Shown here in pieces: positions 10,414-20,643 of a DNA stretch of 64,000 nucleotides. Position 1 is the first letter of the stretch. Each line of letters opens with the position of its first letter. The stretch is from Candidatus Poribacteria bacterium (GTDB taxonomy: Bacteria > Poribacteria > WGA-4E > PCPOR2b). A program made the position numbers and the translations under genes. The stretch spans positions 2,912,001-2,976,000 of the forward strand of contig OZ242351.1 of assembly GCA_965208675.1 (NCBI GenBank). The letters run 5' to 3'. The notes beneath the pieces were generated by a model. The model was given only the letters and a program-made list of their open reading frames with translations, made no database searches and was not told the DNA's origin.

Positions 10414-11610
10414 ATGAAAATTACCGGCGTCCGCGTATTCGTCACTCGTCCAACGGGACTGAACTATGTTGTCATCAAAATCTTAACCGATGAAGGCGTT
10501 TATGGAGTGGGAGAGGGGTCGCTCAACGGAAACGAAATTGTCGTCGCTCGGTATCTCGAACACATCAAGGAGTTACTTATCGGACATGACCCGCACAACA
10601 TCGAAGATTTGTGGCATTTGATTTACCGCAGCGGCTATTGGCGGTCAGGACCGGTGTTCAAAGCAGCGCTGTCCGCCATCGACTTCGCCCTGTGGGATAT
10701 TAAGGGAAAAGTCGCGAACTTGCCCGTTTACCAACTGTTGGGCGGTGCTTCACGGAAAGCCGTAAAGGTTTATGGGCATGCCGGCGGGCGTGATGCCAAA
10801 GAGATAGAAGATAGCGTTCGTTCATTCTTGGAACGCGGTTTTAAAATTGTCCGCTGCCAAAGCGGTGACTACGGCGGCAGCGGCCGCCTCGATTACGAAC
10901 CACCCATACGCGATGGTGTACCCGGCACAGCAATCTTTGAACCCGCGGGCTATCTCCTTGAAACACCTCGAATATTTGAGCATCTGCGTAACGCGCTCGG
11001 TATGGAAGTTGAGTTGTGCCACGATGTACACGAGCAGCTAACACCGACGGAAGCCGCCTGGTTGGCAAAACAACTCGAGCCGTACCGGCTCTTTTTCCTC
11101 GAAGATCCCGTGATGCCGGAAGAGCGCGAAGGATTGCGCCAAATTCGCCAATCCTCTACTACAAATGTCGCCATCGGCGAATTGTTCACCGATCGGGACG
11201 AGTGCATGACGCTGTTTCAAGAGCGGTTGATTGACTACATCCGCATCGCTCCGTTGCACGTCGGCGGTATCACAGAGGCTCGTAAAATCATGGTGCTTGC
11301 CGAACCCTTCAGCGTGAAATCGGCGTTCCACGGCGCGGCGGATTTGGGGCCAATTTCACAGGCAGCCGCGCTCCATCTACAAATGGTTATCCCCAACTTC
11401 GGCGTACAAGAGTGGACAGACTTCAGCAGTAGCGAGACGCTGTGCGAGCTCTTTCCAACGCCCTGCAAACTTGTAGACGGTTATGCTCACCCAGGCGGCG
11501 CGCCGGGACTCGGGATTGACTTCAACGAAGAGTTGGCGAAAAAATTCCCCTACCAATCTACGTACATGCCGATTGTAAGGCGGTCGGATGGAACCATGCA
11601 CCGCTACTAA
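10414..11610 (+). CDS. Sugar-acid dehydratase, mannonate dehydratase/RspA-like enolase superfamily
   Basis: YWRSGP, CHDVHE, FFLEDP, AIGEL, FHGAADL, PGLGID. Confidence 0.88.
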   Translation: MKITGVRVFVTRPTGLNYVVIKILTDEGVYGVGEGSLNGNEIVVARYLEHIKELLIGHDPHNIEDLWHLIYRSGYWRSGPVFKAALSAIDFALWDIKGKVANLPVYQLLGGASRKAVKVYGHAGGRDAKEIEDSVRSFLERGFKIVRCQSGDYGGSGRLDYEPPIRDGVPGTAIFEPAGYLLETPRIFEHLRNALGMEVELCHDVHEQLTPTEAAWLAKQLEPYRLFFLEDPVMPEEREGLRQIRQSSTTNVAIGELFTDRDECMTLFQERLIDYIRIAPLHVGGITEARKIMVLAEPFSVKSAFHGAADLGPISQAAALHLQMVIPNFGVQEWTDFSSSETLCELFPTPCKLVDGYAHPGGAPGLGIDFNEELAKKFPYQSTYMPIVRRSDGTMHRY

Positions 11611-11785
11611 ATCCGCGGGCAAGTCATTGGGAATTTTTATCCTTACAGAATGTAACTAGAAACCGATGTTCTTTCTTCAAAACTCAGTTTCTTAATCGCA
11701 GCAAAAACCCCCTATAGCCCCAGCGGGGCGGCAGGTGTATAACAAACAGCATTTTCGCAGCTTGGGTTGAGGGCACGAACCCATC

Positions 11786-11850
11786 GTCGGGAATCGGAAT
11801 TCCCTCCTACCAGACCCAATCTCCCCGTAGGAGCGATCTCCGAATCGCGA
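11786..11850. repeat. GTAG-type REP doublet (inverted copy at 54343-54404)
   Basis: GTCGGGAATCGGAATTCCCTCCTAC ... GTAGGAGCGATCTCCGAATCGCGA; single degenerate units near 4741 and 2908. Confidence 0.75.
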
Positions 11851-12067
11851 CCTTTAATTTAAACCGAGTTTTATTCTTCAAAACTCGGTTTCTTATTCAT
11901 AGCGATAATAGGAAACTACTTCACCATCCCTGCCGGCCATGGTTTCCATATCCTAACTTTTTGCCAGCCCAAATATGTAAACCACTTTCGTCACAAATTC
12001 AATTTAGTGGAACAAACTTCAATTTATCGTGTGCTACCTCCCAAACAATAAAAGGAGGAAACACAGA

Positions 12068-13546
12068 ATGAAATCTCATGTTCGAGTAACGCTTTGTATC
12101 GCAGTAGCCTTGGCATTCGCCGTTAACATGGTCCATCCCACCGCGGCGCCAGCCGCAGATAAAATACAAACACTCCAAGAACTCAGCGACGCATTCGCAG
12201 AGATTGCGAGTGAGGCTAGCAAAATGGTGGTGGCGGTTAAAGCCGAGCAAACTGTAAAGCACAGCAGTAAGGGCGAGCATTACTGGCTTCCCCGTGTGAT
12301 TCCGAAAGGGGATGGGACATATCAACCCTTTTACAACGTACCTGACTCGGGAATTCAAAACCGAGAGTTCCGTCTCCCACCCGAACCACCTCATTTCTTG
12401 CAGGATTTTCCCTATTTCGAAGGCTTTGGTTCTGGCATCGTACTTGATGATGAAGGCCACATCGCCACGGCTGCAGAGTTAATTGGAAACGCCAACAATA
12501 TCACCGTCACGCTCGGAAACAGCACGCACCGCGAAGCTAAACTGATTGGAGTGGACAACGGAACCGGCATTGCGGTAATTAAGGTCGATCGCGACGCCGT
12601 TACGCATGCGAAAATTGGCGAATCTGATCAGGTTAAAATCGGTGAGTTAGCGCTCGATCTCAGGCGAAGCGTCGAAGGCAATCTATCCGTAGCCCTTGGT
12701 GTCGTCAGCGGCATTGAACATCAACTACCCGTCAGCAATTATAACGACGTAATCAAAATTAGCACAAATCTCCGCTCCGGTTCGGCGGGCGGGGCTGTCG
12801 TTAACGCAAGCGGTGAGGTCATCGGAATGGGTATCGACAACACATCGGACGGCGCATTTGCTATCCCAATCCGCACGGTTAAGCGCATTGCCGCGGAACT
12901 CATTGAACATGGTAAAGTTCAACGCGGCTGGTTGGGTGTTCAGATTCAAAACGTCAATCCGGAAACAACGCTGAAACTTGGCCTTGAGGCACCAAGCGGA
13001 GCGCTTATCCAGCGCGTTCTTCAGGGAACACCTGCCGCAAGAGCCGGCTTGAAAATTAACGACGTAATTGTCGCGGTGGATGATGATGCAATTACGAATG
13101 TAAAACATCTGCGGCGGGTGATCGAGATGGCAAAACCGTATTCCGACGTATCCGTCACGGTTATGCGCGATCGCTCAACGATCGAAATTCCCGTGACGCT
13201 TGGCGAACGAACAGATGAAGCAGTTCACGGTTACGTCGAGCACCGTATTGAAAGTCAAACTGGCTGGAAAGGACTGAGTCTGCAGACCCTGACTAAGTCG
13301 CTTGCGGAAGCGTTCGGTTATGGGACTTATGAAGGAGTTTTAATCGCTGGTGTGGAGCCGGATAGCCCGGCTGCCGAAGCTGCCACCGGCGAAGAGAATC
13401 TTCGAAAGGGCGACCTTATCCTTGAAGTTGACCACCAACATGTCAAAAACGTTGACGCCTTCAAAGCCGCTGTACAGTCGGACAAAGAGACCATCTTGTT
13501 GCGTGTAAAACGCGGCGCACAGATGTGGTATGTTACCGTAAAGTAA
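12068..13546 (+). CDS. HtrA/DegP-family protein (trypsin-like domain plus 2 PDZ) with substituted catalytic triad
   Basis: Signal peptide, GFGSGIV, GKVQRGWLGVQIQ, two PDZ domains; H, D and S positions read E, G and A. Confidence 0.88.
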   Translation: MKSHVRVTLCIAVALAFAVNMVHPTAAPAADKIQTLQELSDAFAEIASEASKMVVAVKAEQTVKHSSKGEHYWLPRVIPKGDGTYQPFYNVPDSGIQNREFRLPPEPPHFLQDFPYFEGFGSGIVLDDEGHIATAAELIGNANNITVTLGNSTHREAKLIGVDNGTGIAVIKVDRDAVTHAKIGESDQVKIGELALDLRRSVEGNLSVALGVVSGIEHQLPVSNYNDVIKISTNLRSGSAGGAVVNASGEVIGMGIDNTSDGAFAIPIRTVKRIAAELIEHGKVQRGWLGVQIQNVNPETTLKLGLEAPSGALIQRVLQGTPAARAGLKINDVIVAVDDDAITNVKHLRRVIEMAKPYSDVSVTVMRDRSTIEIPVTLGERTDEAVHGYVEHRIESQTGWKGLSLQTLTKSLAEAFGYGTYEGVLIAGVEPDSPAAEAATGEENLRKGDLILEVDHQHVKNVDAFKAAVQSDKETILLRVKRGAQMWYVTVK

Positions 13547-13737
13547 ATCCATTCGATTTGCTTTTATGGAATCAAACACTTTGGATGTGTTATAATTCAG
13601 CCGCTTCAACATGGCGTCGCATTTTGTTACGCCGCCGGATCAGATGGTTGTCAATTCTATTCTGACAACCTCTGCCGCGCAACTGAATTCTATTGCAAAT
13701 GAACGCACATTCAAAGAGAGGGCAAAAGCAGAAATCG

Positions 13738-14610
13738 ATGGAATTACTTAAGCTGGGGATTCCCAAGGGGTCGCTCCAAGAATCCACCATCAACCTGTTC
13801 AAAAGAGCCGGATACAATATCACAGTCAGCAGTAGATCCTACTATCCACAGATAGACGACGACCAAATTGAGGTCATGCTTCTTCGCCCGCAAGAGATGG
13901 CGCTCTACGTCGAACGCGGCGTAATTGATGTGGGGCTGGCTGGACGTGACTGGGTGCGTGAATGCAAAGCGGACGTACTAGAGATTGCATCGCTCACCTA
14001 CAGCAAACAGACAAACCAACCAGCACGGTGGGTTCTGGCTGTCGGAGAGGAGTCACCCATCGAATCTGCCGCAGACCTTGAAGGCAAGGTCATTTTCACC
14101 GAATTGGTTGAAGCGACCAGAACCTATCTCGCGCAAAGCGGTGTCAACGCAACAGTCAAATTTTCACACGGCGCAACGGAAGTCAAAATTCCGCACCTGT
14201 GCGACGCAATCGTGGAAATCACGGAAACAGGAAGTTCGCTACGCGCGAATCAATTGAAAATCGTTGACGTCGTGATGGAATCTGTGACCACGCTGATTTC
14301 GAATAAAGAGAGTTGGAAAAACGAATGGAAGCAGACGAAGACGAAAAACCTGCATATGCTGCTTTCAGGTGCGTTGACGGCGGAGCAGAAGGTTGGCTTG
14401 AAGATGAATATTGGTCAAGAAAATCTGAATTCGTTGCTGGCAATCTTGCCTGCCATGAAAAATCCGACAATATCTTCACTCAGTGACGACGGTTGGTACG
14501 CTGTCGAGACCATAACTGATGAGCACGTAGTACGCGATTTGATACCGGAACTAAGGCGGATTGGCGCCGAAGGCATTATAGAATATCCACTAAACAAAGT
14601 GATTCCCTGA
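13738..14610 (+). CDS. hisG: ATP phosphoribosyltransferase (long form)
   Basis: LGIPKGSL, GATEVK, DAIVEITETGSSL, C-terminal regulatory domain (PTIS..GAEGIIEYP). Confidence 0.95.
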   Translation: MELLKLGIPKGSLQESTINLFKRAGYNITVSSRSYYPQIDDDQIEVMLLRPQEMALYVERGVIDVGLAGRDWVRECKADVLEIASLTYSKQTNQPARWVLAVGEESPIESAADLEGKVIFTELVEATRTYLAQSGVNATVKFSHGATEVKIPHLCDAIVEITETGSSLRANQLKIVDVVMESVTTLISNKESWKNEWKQTKTKNLHMLLSGALTAEQKVGLKMNIGQENLNSLLAILPAMKNPTISSLSDDGWYAVETITDEHVVRDLIPELRRIGAEGIIEYPLNKVIP

Positions 14611-14787
14611 AACCGCACACAATCTCGAAGTGAATCCAATCAACACACGCCTTTTATCCTGAACATCCTTCAATCCTGTAAATCCTGTTTCAGACAATCA
14701 CCCCAATCGTACCGCTTTCAATCACCCACTGCCCCTAATCCTACCCATCATTTAACCACATAAATCACAGTTGGGGCAAAAGTTTGA

Positions 14788-15375
14788 TTAAAGCATCCCT
14801 TTTGTCGAAGGTATATCGCTGATGCGGTCGTCGAAACTCGTTGCGATATCCAACGCCCTTGCAACAGCCTTGAAGATTGCTTCAATGATATGATGGCGGT
14901 TTGTTCCATGCGATACGTTGACATGCAGTGTCGTCCCGCTATGGTTGACAAATCCGTGAAAAAATTCCTCAGCGAGCTCAACGTCAAAACTTCCCACCTT
15001 GCCCCGGCGCAGCGGCGTGCGGTAGAGCAGGTATGGACGGCCGCATAAGTCTAGGTCCACTTGCGCTAGGGCTTCATACATTGGAACAACGAAACTGCCA
15101 AACCGGCGGATGCCGGCTTTGTCTCCTACTGCGTTTTTGAAGGCTTCTCCCAAACAAATACCGACATCTTCCACCACGTGATGATCGTCAACATGGAGAT
15201 CGCCTGTTGCATTGACCTCAAGATTAAAGAGTCCGTGCTTGGCAAAGAGTTCAAGCATGTGGTCTAGAAATCCAACGCGGGTGCTAATTTCCGACTCACC
15301 TGTTCCATCAATGTTCAGTGTGAGCCTAATCTGCGTTTCCCGCGTTTCGCGTATAATTTCAGCTTCACGTTTCAC
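14788..15375 (-). CDS. hisB: Imidazoleglycerol-phosphate dehydratase
   Basis: [31 protein letters not shown]. Confidence 0.96.
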   Translation of the reverse strand: MKREAEIIRETRETQIRLTLNIDGTGESEISTRVGFLDHMLELFAKHGLFNLEVNATGDLHVDDHHVVEDVGICLGEAFKNAVGDKAGIRRFGSFVVPMYEALAQVDLDLCGRPYLLYRTPLRRGKVGSFDVELAEEFFHGFVNHSGTTLHVNVSHGTNRHHIIEAIFKAVARALDIATSFDDRISDIPSTKGML

Positions 15376-15729
15376 GGTATCCGTTCCTCATTGGCGTAGG
15401 TTGTTTCAAGGACTAGCTTCGGCAATCGACCCGTACCGAGCCGTTAGTTTAGCATAAGGCCTGTGCTGAATCAAGTCCAAATCTTACATCAGAAATAATA
15501 ACCCAGCGCCAAAATATGTCCGTGGCTTCCATCAAACGCCCCTGAATCGCGGAGCTTTGGGAGAGGGTGGTTGATGAAAGTGACGGCCTTGATTGGCTTC
15601 TCCTTCGACACGTCTCGGTGCTTTACTCAAACAAACGTTGACAGAAACTTCACTATATGGTACATTGTTTAGTGAATTAACGCATAACAACAAAGAACAA
15701 CAAAAGCGGAGCGAACGCCGGAGCGAAAT

Positions 15730-16986
15730 ATGCCAGAACGATTGGCAATTCATGGTGGAAAACCGGTCACTACAGAACCTATTCCCAGCGGAGTCCACGG
15801 ACCAAGCGTTATCGATGAACGAGAGATTAAAGCGGTCAACGATGTGCTGCGGAGCGGAAACCTTTTCCGATTTGTCGTAAACTCTAATGTAGCCGCGTTT
15901 GAGAAGGAGGCGGCAGAGCTATTGGGTGTGAAATATGCCTTGATGGTAAACTCCGGCACAAGTGCGTTAATTTGCGCCTTAACCGGACTCGGCATCGGGC
16001 CCGGCGATGAGGTCATCCTCCCCGCTTACACCTTCATCGCAACAGCAGCGGCAATTGTCGCCGTAGGTGCTGTTCCCGTGATTGCCGAAATTGACAAATC
16101 GCTTGGCATGGATCCTGCCGACGCCGCCCGGAAAATTTCTCCATACACGAAGGCAATCCTGCCCGTTCACATGCAAGGTGTACCCTGCAGGCTCGACAAT
16201 CTCATTTCCCTCGCCCGGCAACATAACCTTAAAGTAGTTGAAGATTGCTGCCAGTGTGTCGGAGGGCAATATAAAGGCGCCTACACCGGAACGTTTGGAG
16301 ACGCCGGAGCATGGAGTCTAAACTACTATAAGGTAATAAGCTGCGGTGAAGGCGGATTAGTGTTTACGAATGACTACGATGTTTACGAGCGGGCCGCTTT
16401 CGCTAGCGATCCGGCAATGCCGATGTGGATGAGTGATAAAGAATGGCAAAATCCGCCGTTCTCACGTCAATGTTACCGTCCAAGCGAAGTTATGGGCGCA
16501 ATTGCACGAGTGCAGCTTTCTAAACTCGAAAACATATTGAGTCATACCCGTCGGCTGAAAAAAGCCTTCCTTGCGGAACTAGATGCTCCCAAAGGGTATA
16601 CCCCGCAATTTGTGGACGACCCCAATGGTGAATGCGGCATCAGCGCAGCTATTATTATTGAAGACCCAAAACTTGTGCCAAAATATGCCGAAGCGCTCAA
16701 AGCCGAAGGCGTAAACGCAGGTACAGTCTACAATGAAGGATTTCCAGATCGCCACATTTACCGCTACTGGAATTCGATTCTGTTTAAAAACAGCCCACAC
16801 GAGTCAAACTATCCTTGGCAAGACCCGCAATACGGTGGAAATGTCGAGTATTCACCAGACATGTGCCCGCAAACCCTTTCATTTCTTAGTAGAACTTTAC
16901 GGTTTGGATTCAATGTCAACATGCACGACATTCATGCTAGCATATTAGCATCAGCCGTCAATAAGGTTGACGCAGCTTTAGGATGA
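15730..16986 (+). CDS. DegT/DnrJ/EryC1/StrS PLP-dependent aminotransferase
   Basis: NSGTSAL, PVHMQG, EDCCQ, SLNYYKVISCGEGG. Confidence 0.92.
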   Translation: MPERLAIHGGKPVTTEPIPSGVHGPSVIDEREIKAVNDVLRSGNLFRFVVNSNVAAFEKEAAELLGVKYALMVNSGTSALICALTGLGIGPGDEVILPAYTFIATAAAIVAVGAVPVIAEIDKSLGMDPADAARKISPYTKAILPVHMQGVPCRLDNLISLARQHNLKVVEDCCQCVGGQYKGAYTGTFGDAGAWSLNYYKVISCGEGGLVFTNDYDVYERAAFASDPAMPMWMSDKEWQNPPFSRQCYRPSEVMGAIARVQLSKLENILSHTRRLKKAFLAELDAPKGYTPQFVDDPNGECGISAAIIIEDPKLVPKYAEALKAEGVNAGTVYNEGFPDRHIYRYWNSILFKNSPHESNYPWQDPQYGGNVEYSPDMCPQTLSFLSRTLRFGFNVNMHDIHASILASAVNKVDAALG

Positions 16987-17074
16987 ATGTGGAATCGCAG
17001 AATAAATTACCGAAGGCGTAGCTTGTCAGTCTATTGTCTTTCTCTCATCGCCTTCCAAGTGAAATTTAATTTTC

Positions 17075-17100
17075 TGAAACGGATTTTCCCGTAAAGCGTT
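17075..17100 (+). promoter_or_regulatory. Candidate ECF-type (autoregulatory) promoter
   Basis: TGAAAC-N16-CGTT about 60 nt upstream of the ECF sigma start. Confidence 0.45.
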
Positions 17101-17160
17101 CGGATTAATAGGAACTATTTGGTTAGCACGTGCTTGATTACGGTAGGGAGGACACCCACT

Positions 17161-17760
17161 TTGGCGCGCCAAATTACGGATGATCCTTCGGATCAGGAAG
17201 ATACCCATTTGGCAACTCTCACGAAAGAAAGGGATGAGTCCGCCTTTCGATTGTTGTATAACAAGCATTTCAGTTGGGTTTTTAGCAAAACGTATCGTAT
17301 GCTTCAAAACCATCAAGATACTGAAGAGGTTTGCTCCGATATCTTTGTCAAAATGTGGGAGAAAATCGATAAGTGGGATACCGACCAGGGAAGTTTTCAA
17401 GCATGGTTAAATGTCGTAGCCAAGCATACTATCATTGATGCAATTCGCAAGAAAGAAAGAATTCGTGAATCGCTGTTGAATGTCGACGCCGATGCTGACA
17501 TGCCAAGTGAGTACGAGGACAATCGGCCAACACCTGACAGATTGATTGAATCTCAAGAAGCTCAGGAGATTCTGGAACAAGCGCTCGCCCAGGTGACTAA
17601 GCCGAATCATCGAACAGCTTGGATATTACGTCATATAGAGGGATGTAGTATCGCAGAGATTTCCCAAACGCTTGACCGAAAAGAAGGTACCGTCAAGATT
17701 TGGATCTTTCGTTGCGCACAAGAGTTGAAACAAATCCTAATCAGAAAAGGCTTGCAATAG
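17161..17760 (+). CDS. ECF sigma-70 factor
   Basis: DESAFRLLY, DTEEVCSDIFVKMW, FQAWL, SIAEISQTL..GTVK; GGAGG RBS before TTG 17161. Confidence 0.92.
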   Translation: MARQITDDPSDQEDTHLATLTKERDESAFRLLYNKHFSWVFSKTYRMLQNHQDTEEVCSDIFVKMWEKIDKWDTDQGSFQAWLNVVAKHTIIDAIRKKERIRESLLNVDADADMPSEYEDNRPTPDRLIESQEAQEILEQALAQVTKPNHRTAWILRHIEGCSIAEISQTLDRKEGTVKIWIFRCAQELKQILIRKGLQ

Positions 17761-17788
17761 ACATACTAAACTTGGAGGGGAGTTAGCC

Positions 17789-18907
17789 ATGACCTTTTGG
17801 AAGAAGTCAAGACCGATTTACAGCAGTGATGAATCGAAGAACGCGGAGATGTTAGAGGTATACACATGTTGGATTAAAGGAGAGAAACTCTCTCGCAAGC
17901 AGAAACGACTGCTTAAATCCAACCAAGACGACACACTGGTAGGGAATTTGAAACCGCTAATCCATTTTGCCCACTACGGCTTTCGCGAAACAGAAAGTGT
18001 CTTACCGCGTCCTGGTGCAAAACAACGAATCGCTGGCGAGCTAACGCGGCGAATTAAAAACAATGCAACTGAAAACCTTCCCGCCGACATGCATTTGCAA
18101 CCGGCTTACAGTATGGATCCGGTTGGAAGTGATAGTGAACTCGCTCACCCGCCTGATGCCGGAAACCCTCCGACGCATCCCCAACAGCAGGTCGATCCCT
18201 CTGCTGAGACAGTAATAATCGAAAGAGAGGGTGAACCCGAAGGAATTACGCTTGCGCCAGTGGAGGGCAGTTGCAATCTGAAATTAAGGACAACCCAGAT
18301 TGATGGAATGGAACAGGAGTATAACATCGCCTTCAAAGAGGTAATCATTGGACGCAGCGTTGAGGCAACGATTCAGTTAAATACCAATGCAGCGGTTTCA
18401 CGCCGGCATGCGTTGCTCACAGCTTACGGCGATAATGTTTACATTACCGACCTTGGCAGCAGCAACGGCACCTACGTTAATGGCGTGCGCATATCTGAAC
18501 CGACTCGGCTTCAGGTCGAATCTACGATAACCATCGTTAAGCAATCGCTTGAAGTCTCCGAAATTCAGCGGGAGGAAGGCGCCCTCCGTCTCTCTTTGAC
18601 GGAATCCGAAGGCGAACATGTTGGACAGGTTTACACCGTCCATATCAAAGAGATTACTGTTGGGCGGGGTAGAGCCGCACGCCTCCGATTCTCCGATCCA
18701 GCCGGGACGCTTTCACGCCTGCATGCAAGATTCGAGTTGAAAAATGGAGATATATATATTACAGATCTCCACAGTACAAACGGCACCTATGTGGATGGCG
18801 TTCCCATAGAAGGTCCGACTGCGCTTCAAACGGGCGCAACCATTCAACTCGGCAGCGTTATCTGTTATGTAGTCGATATTGAACATGCACCGTTAGTTTC
18901 TGTTTGA
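17789..18907 (+). CDS. Tandem FHA domain protein with unknown N-terminal region
   Basis: Two FHA signatures: IGR..VSRRHA..DLGSSNGTYVNG and VGR..LSRLHA..DLHSTNGTYVDG. Confidence 0.9.
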   Translation: MTFWKKSRPIYSSDESKNAEMLEVYTCWIKGEKLSRKQKRLLKSNQDDTLVGNLKPLIHFAHYGFRETESVLPRPGAKQRIAGELTRRIKNNATENLPADMHLQPAYSMDPVGSDSELAHPPDAGNPPTHPQQQVDPSAETVIIEREGEPEGITLAPVEGSCNLKLRTTQIDGMEQEYNIAFKEVIIGRSVEATIQLNTNAAVSRRHALLTAYGDNVYITDLGSSNGTYVNGVRISEPTRLQVESTITIVKQSLEVSEIQREEGALRLSLTESEGEHVGQVYTVHIKEITVGRGRAARLRFSDPAGTLSRLHARFELKNGDIYITDLHSTNGTYVDGVPIEGPTALQTGATIQLGSVICYVVDIEHAPLVSV

Positions 18908-18919
18908 ATTCTTGAGTGT

Positions 18920-19999
18920 ATGAATCAGAGACAACTTGCGTTAGCCCATTTTAACCGTGCCGCAAAGTATTACCAAAAGGCTATTTATGTCCAGGCAATT
19001 CACCATTACCTTGCGGGCTTGAAAATTGATGCAACACGGGCTGAGATTTACGCAGACCTCGCAAAAGCGTATGAAATGCTGTGCTGCTGGGATCATGCGC
19101 TTAAATCGCTGGAAACTGCGCTGCGATTACGGCCGGGATTCACAACAGCCCTACGGCGGAAACAGCGGATTCTGGAAGAACAAGCGTTTTATGAAGCCAC
19201 GCAAAACCGGCTAGACGTTAATCCAGAACTCCCCGTCCAACATCTTTGGAGCGAAAACGCTACCGACAATACCATTGAAATCGAACACTCACGCTTCACA
19301 CTGACTTGTCCCGACACAACTCCCCAAAGTACGATTTCAGCCGTATGCCAACTAGCTGAACGAATCTACCACGAGGTTGGCGGGATGTTTCAGTGCTATC
19401 CCCGCCAACCAATTCCCATCACCATCGAAGATGCAAGTTTGCCCTCATATTCCACTCTCAATCGCACACTCCCGCCTTGGGCTGCCGCTCAATATAACGA
19501 CGGCATTCAACTCATCCACCGCCCCGGAAACGCTGGAACCGGGATTTTATCGACGTTGATTCGACACGAATGGGTTCATCTAACTGTTGATTTATTAACA
19601 CAAGGACAGTGTCCAAGATGGCTTGATGAAGGGCTTGCTCAAACGATTTCCCGTCCCCTTATGAATTATGAGCACGAATACCTAGAAGATGCAAGACAAA
19701 ATCAACAACTTTTGACAATGGATGTGCTGAAAAAACCATTTCACCAACTCGACTCTCGGAACCGCCGATTAGCATATCTTCAGTCAAGTGCGATAGTGGG
19801 ATATCTGGTAAATCAGTTTGGATTCGCCCGCGTCCGAGAAATTCTCAATCGTATCGGAAACGGAAGTGCCTCTGAAATCGCAATCCAAGAGACTTTGGGA
19901 AAAACACCGGATGAAATTGTAGCCTCGTGGCAATTGGAGAACAACGGGGCAAATCTTGAAACTCAGAGTAACCCTCGTACAGAGAATCCATTTGTATAA
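18920..19999 (+). CDS. TPR repeat plus peptidase MA-like (gluzincin) protein
   Basis: N-terminal TPRs; RHEWVH ... PRWLDEGLAQ ... AYLQS. Confidence 0.85.
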   Translation: MNQRQLALAHFNRAAKYYQKAIYVQAIHHYLAGLKIDATRAEIYADLAKAYEMLCCWDHALKSLETALRLRPGFTTALRRKQRILEEQAFYEATQNRLDVNPELPVQHLWSENATDNTIEIEHSRFTLTCPDTTPQSTISAVCQLAERIYHEVGGMFQCYPRQPIPITIEDASLPSYSTLNRTLPPWAAAQYNDGIQLIHRPGNAGTGILSTLIRHEWVHLTVDLLTQGQCPRWLDEGLAQTISRPLMNYEHEYLEDARQNQQLLTMDVLKKPFHQLDSRNRRLAYLQSSAIVGYLVNQFGFARVREILNRIGNGSASEIAIQETLGKTPDEIVASWQLENNGANLETQSNPRTENPFV

Positions 20000-20488
20000 A
20001 TGGAAACGCTTGATATCGTTATTGTAGTCCTTGCCGGTCTAGGAGGCTTGAATTGTCTTCGAGTTGGCTTTACACGCAGCGTATGGGGAATTGCTGCTAT
20101 CTCCATGGGTATATTTGTTGCGAGTCAACTGTGGCGTGAGCTTGCGTCAATCCTCCAAGCCGTAATTGAGCATGAGGGCATCTCGAAATGGGTGAGTGTC
20201 GTCGCTATTGCAGCCGTGGTCAGCCTAACGGCGGACAAGGTTTTTGAGCAAATTCAGAAAATCATCCGCCGAGGCGTTTTAGGATGGTTGGATAACATTG
20301 TCGGCGGCGTATTTGGAATCGCTGCCAGCGGCGTTATAATTGGATTGGCGCTCATATTGCTGAATCAACATGGCGGTGAAGGGTTTCAAGAGGCTATTGC
20401 AGCCTCCCGTTTCGCACCAACGCTTCTAGATGTTGCCCATCAAGTTTTTGATTTCGGAAAAGAGATAATTGAAAAACAAACTGGTTAA
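20000..20488 (+). CDS. CvpA family membrane protein
   Basis: LDIVIVV, RVGFTR, LDNIVGGVFG, SRFAP. Confidence 0.85.
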   Translation: METLDIVIVVLAGLGGLNCLRVGFTRSVWGIAAISMGIFVASQLWRELASILQAVIEHEGISKWVSVVAIAAVVSLTADKVFEQIQKIIRRGVLGWLDNIVGGVFGIAASGVIIGLALILLNQHGGEGFQEAIAASRFAPTLLDVAHQVFDFGKEIIEKQTG

Positions 20489-20643
20489 AGCCGCCGCAAC
20501 AAAAATTGATTCAAATTAATCCAATCAAAAATGCGGGGAAACCCACATAATAGTAGCGGCTTCAAGACTATCGATCCCAATTCCCGGTCGCTGAATCCAT
20601 CAGTTCGGGTAATCCCTTCTCGCTAATCACATTTCACACTGAA

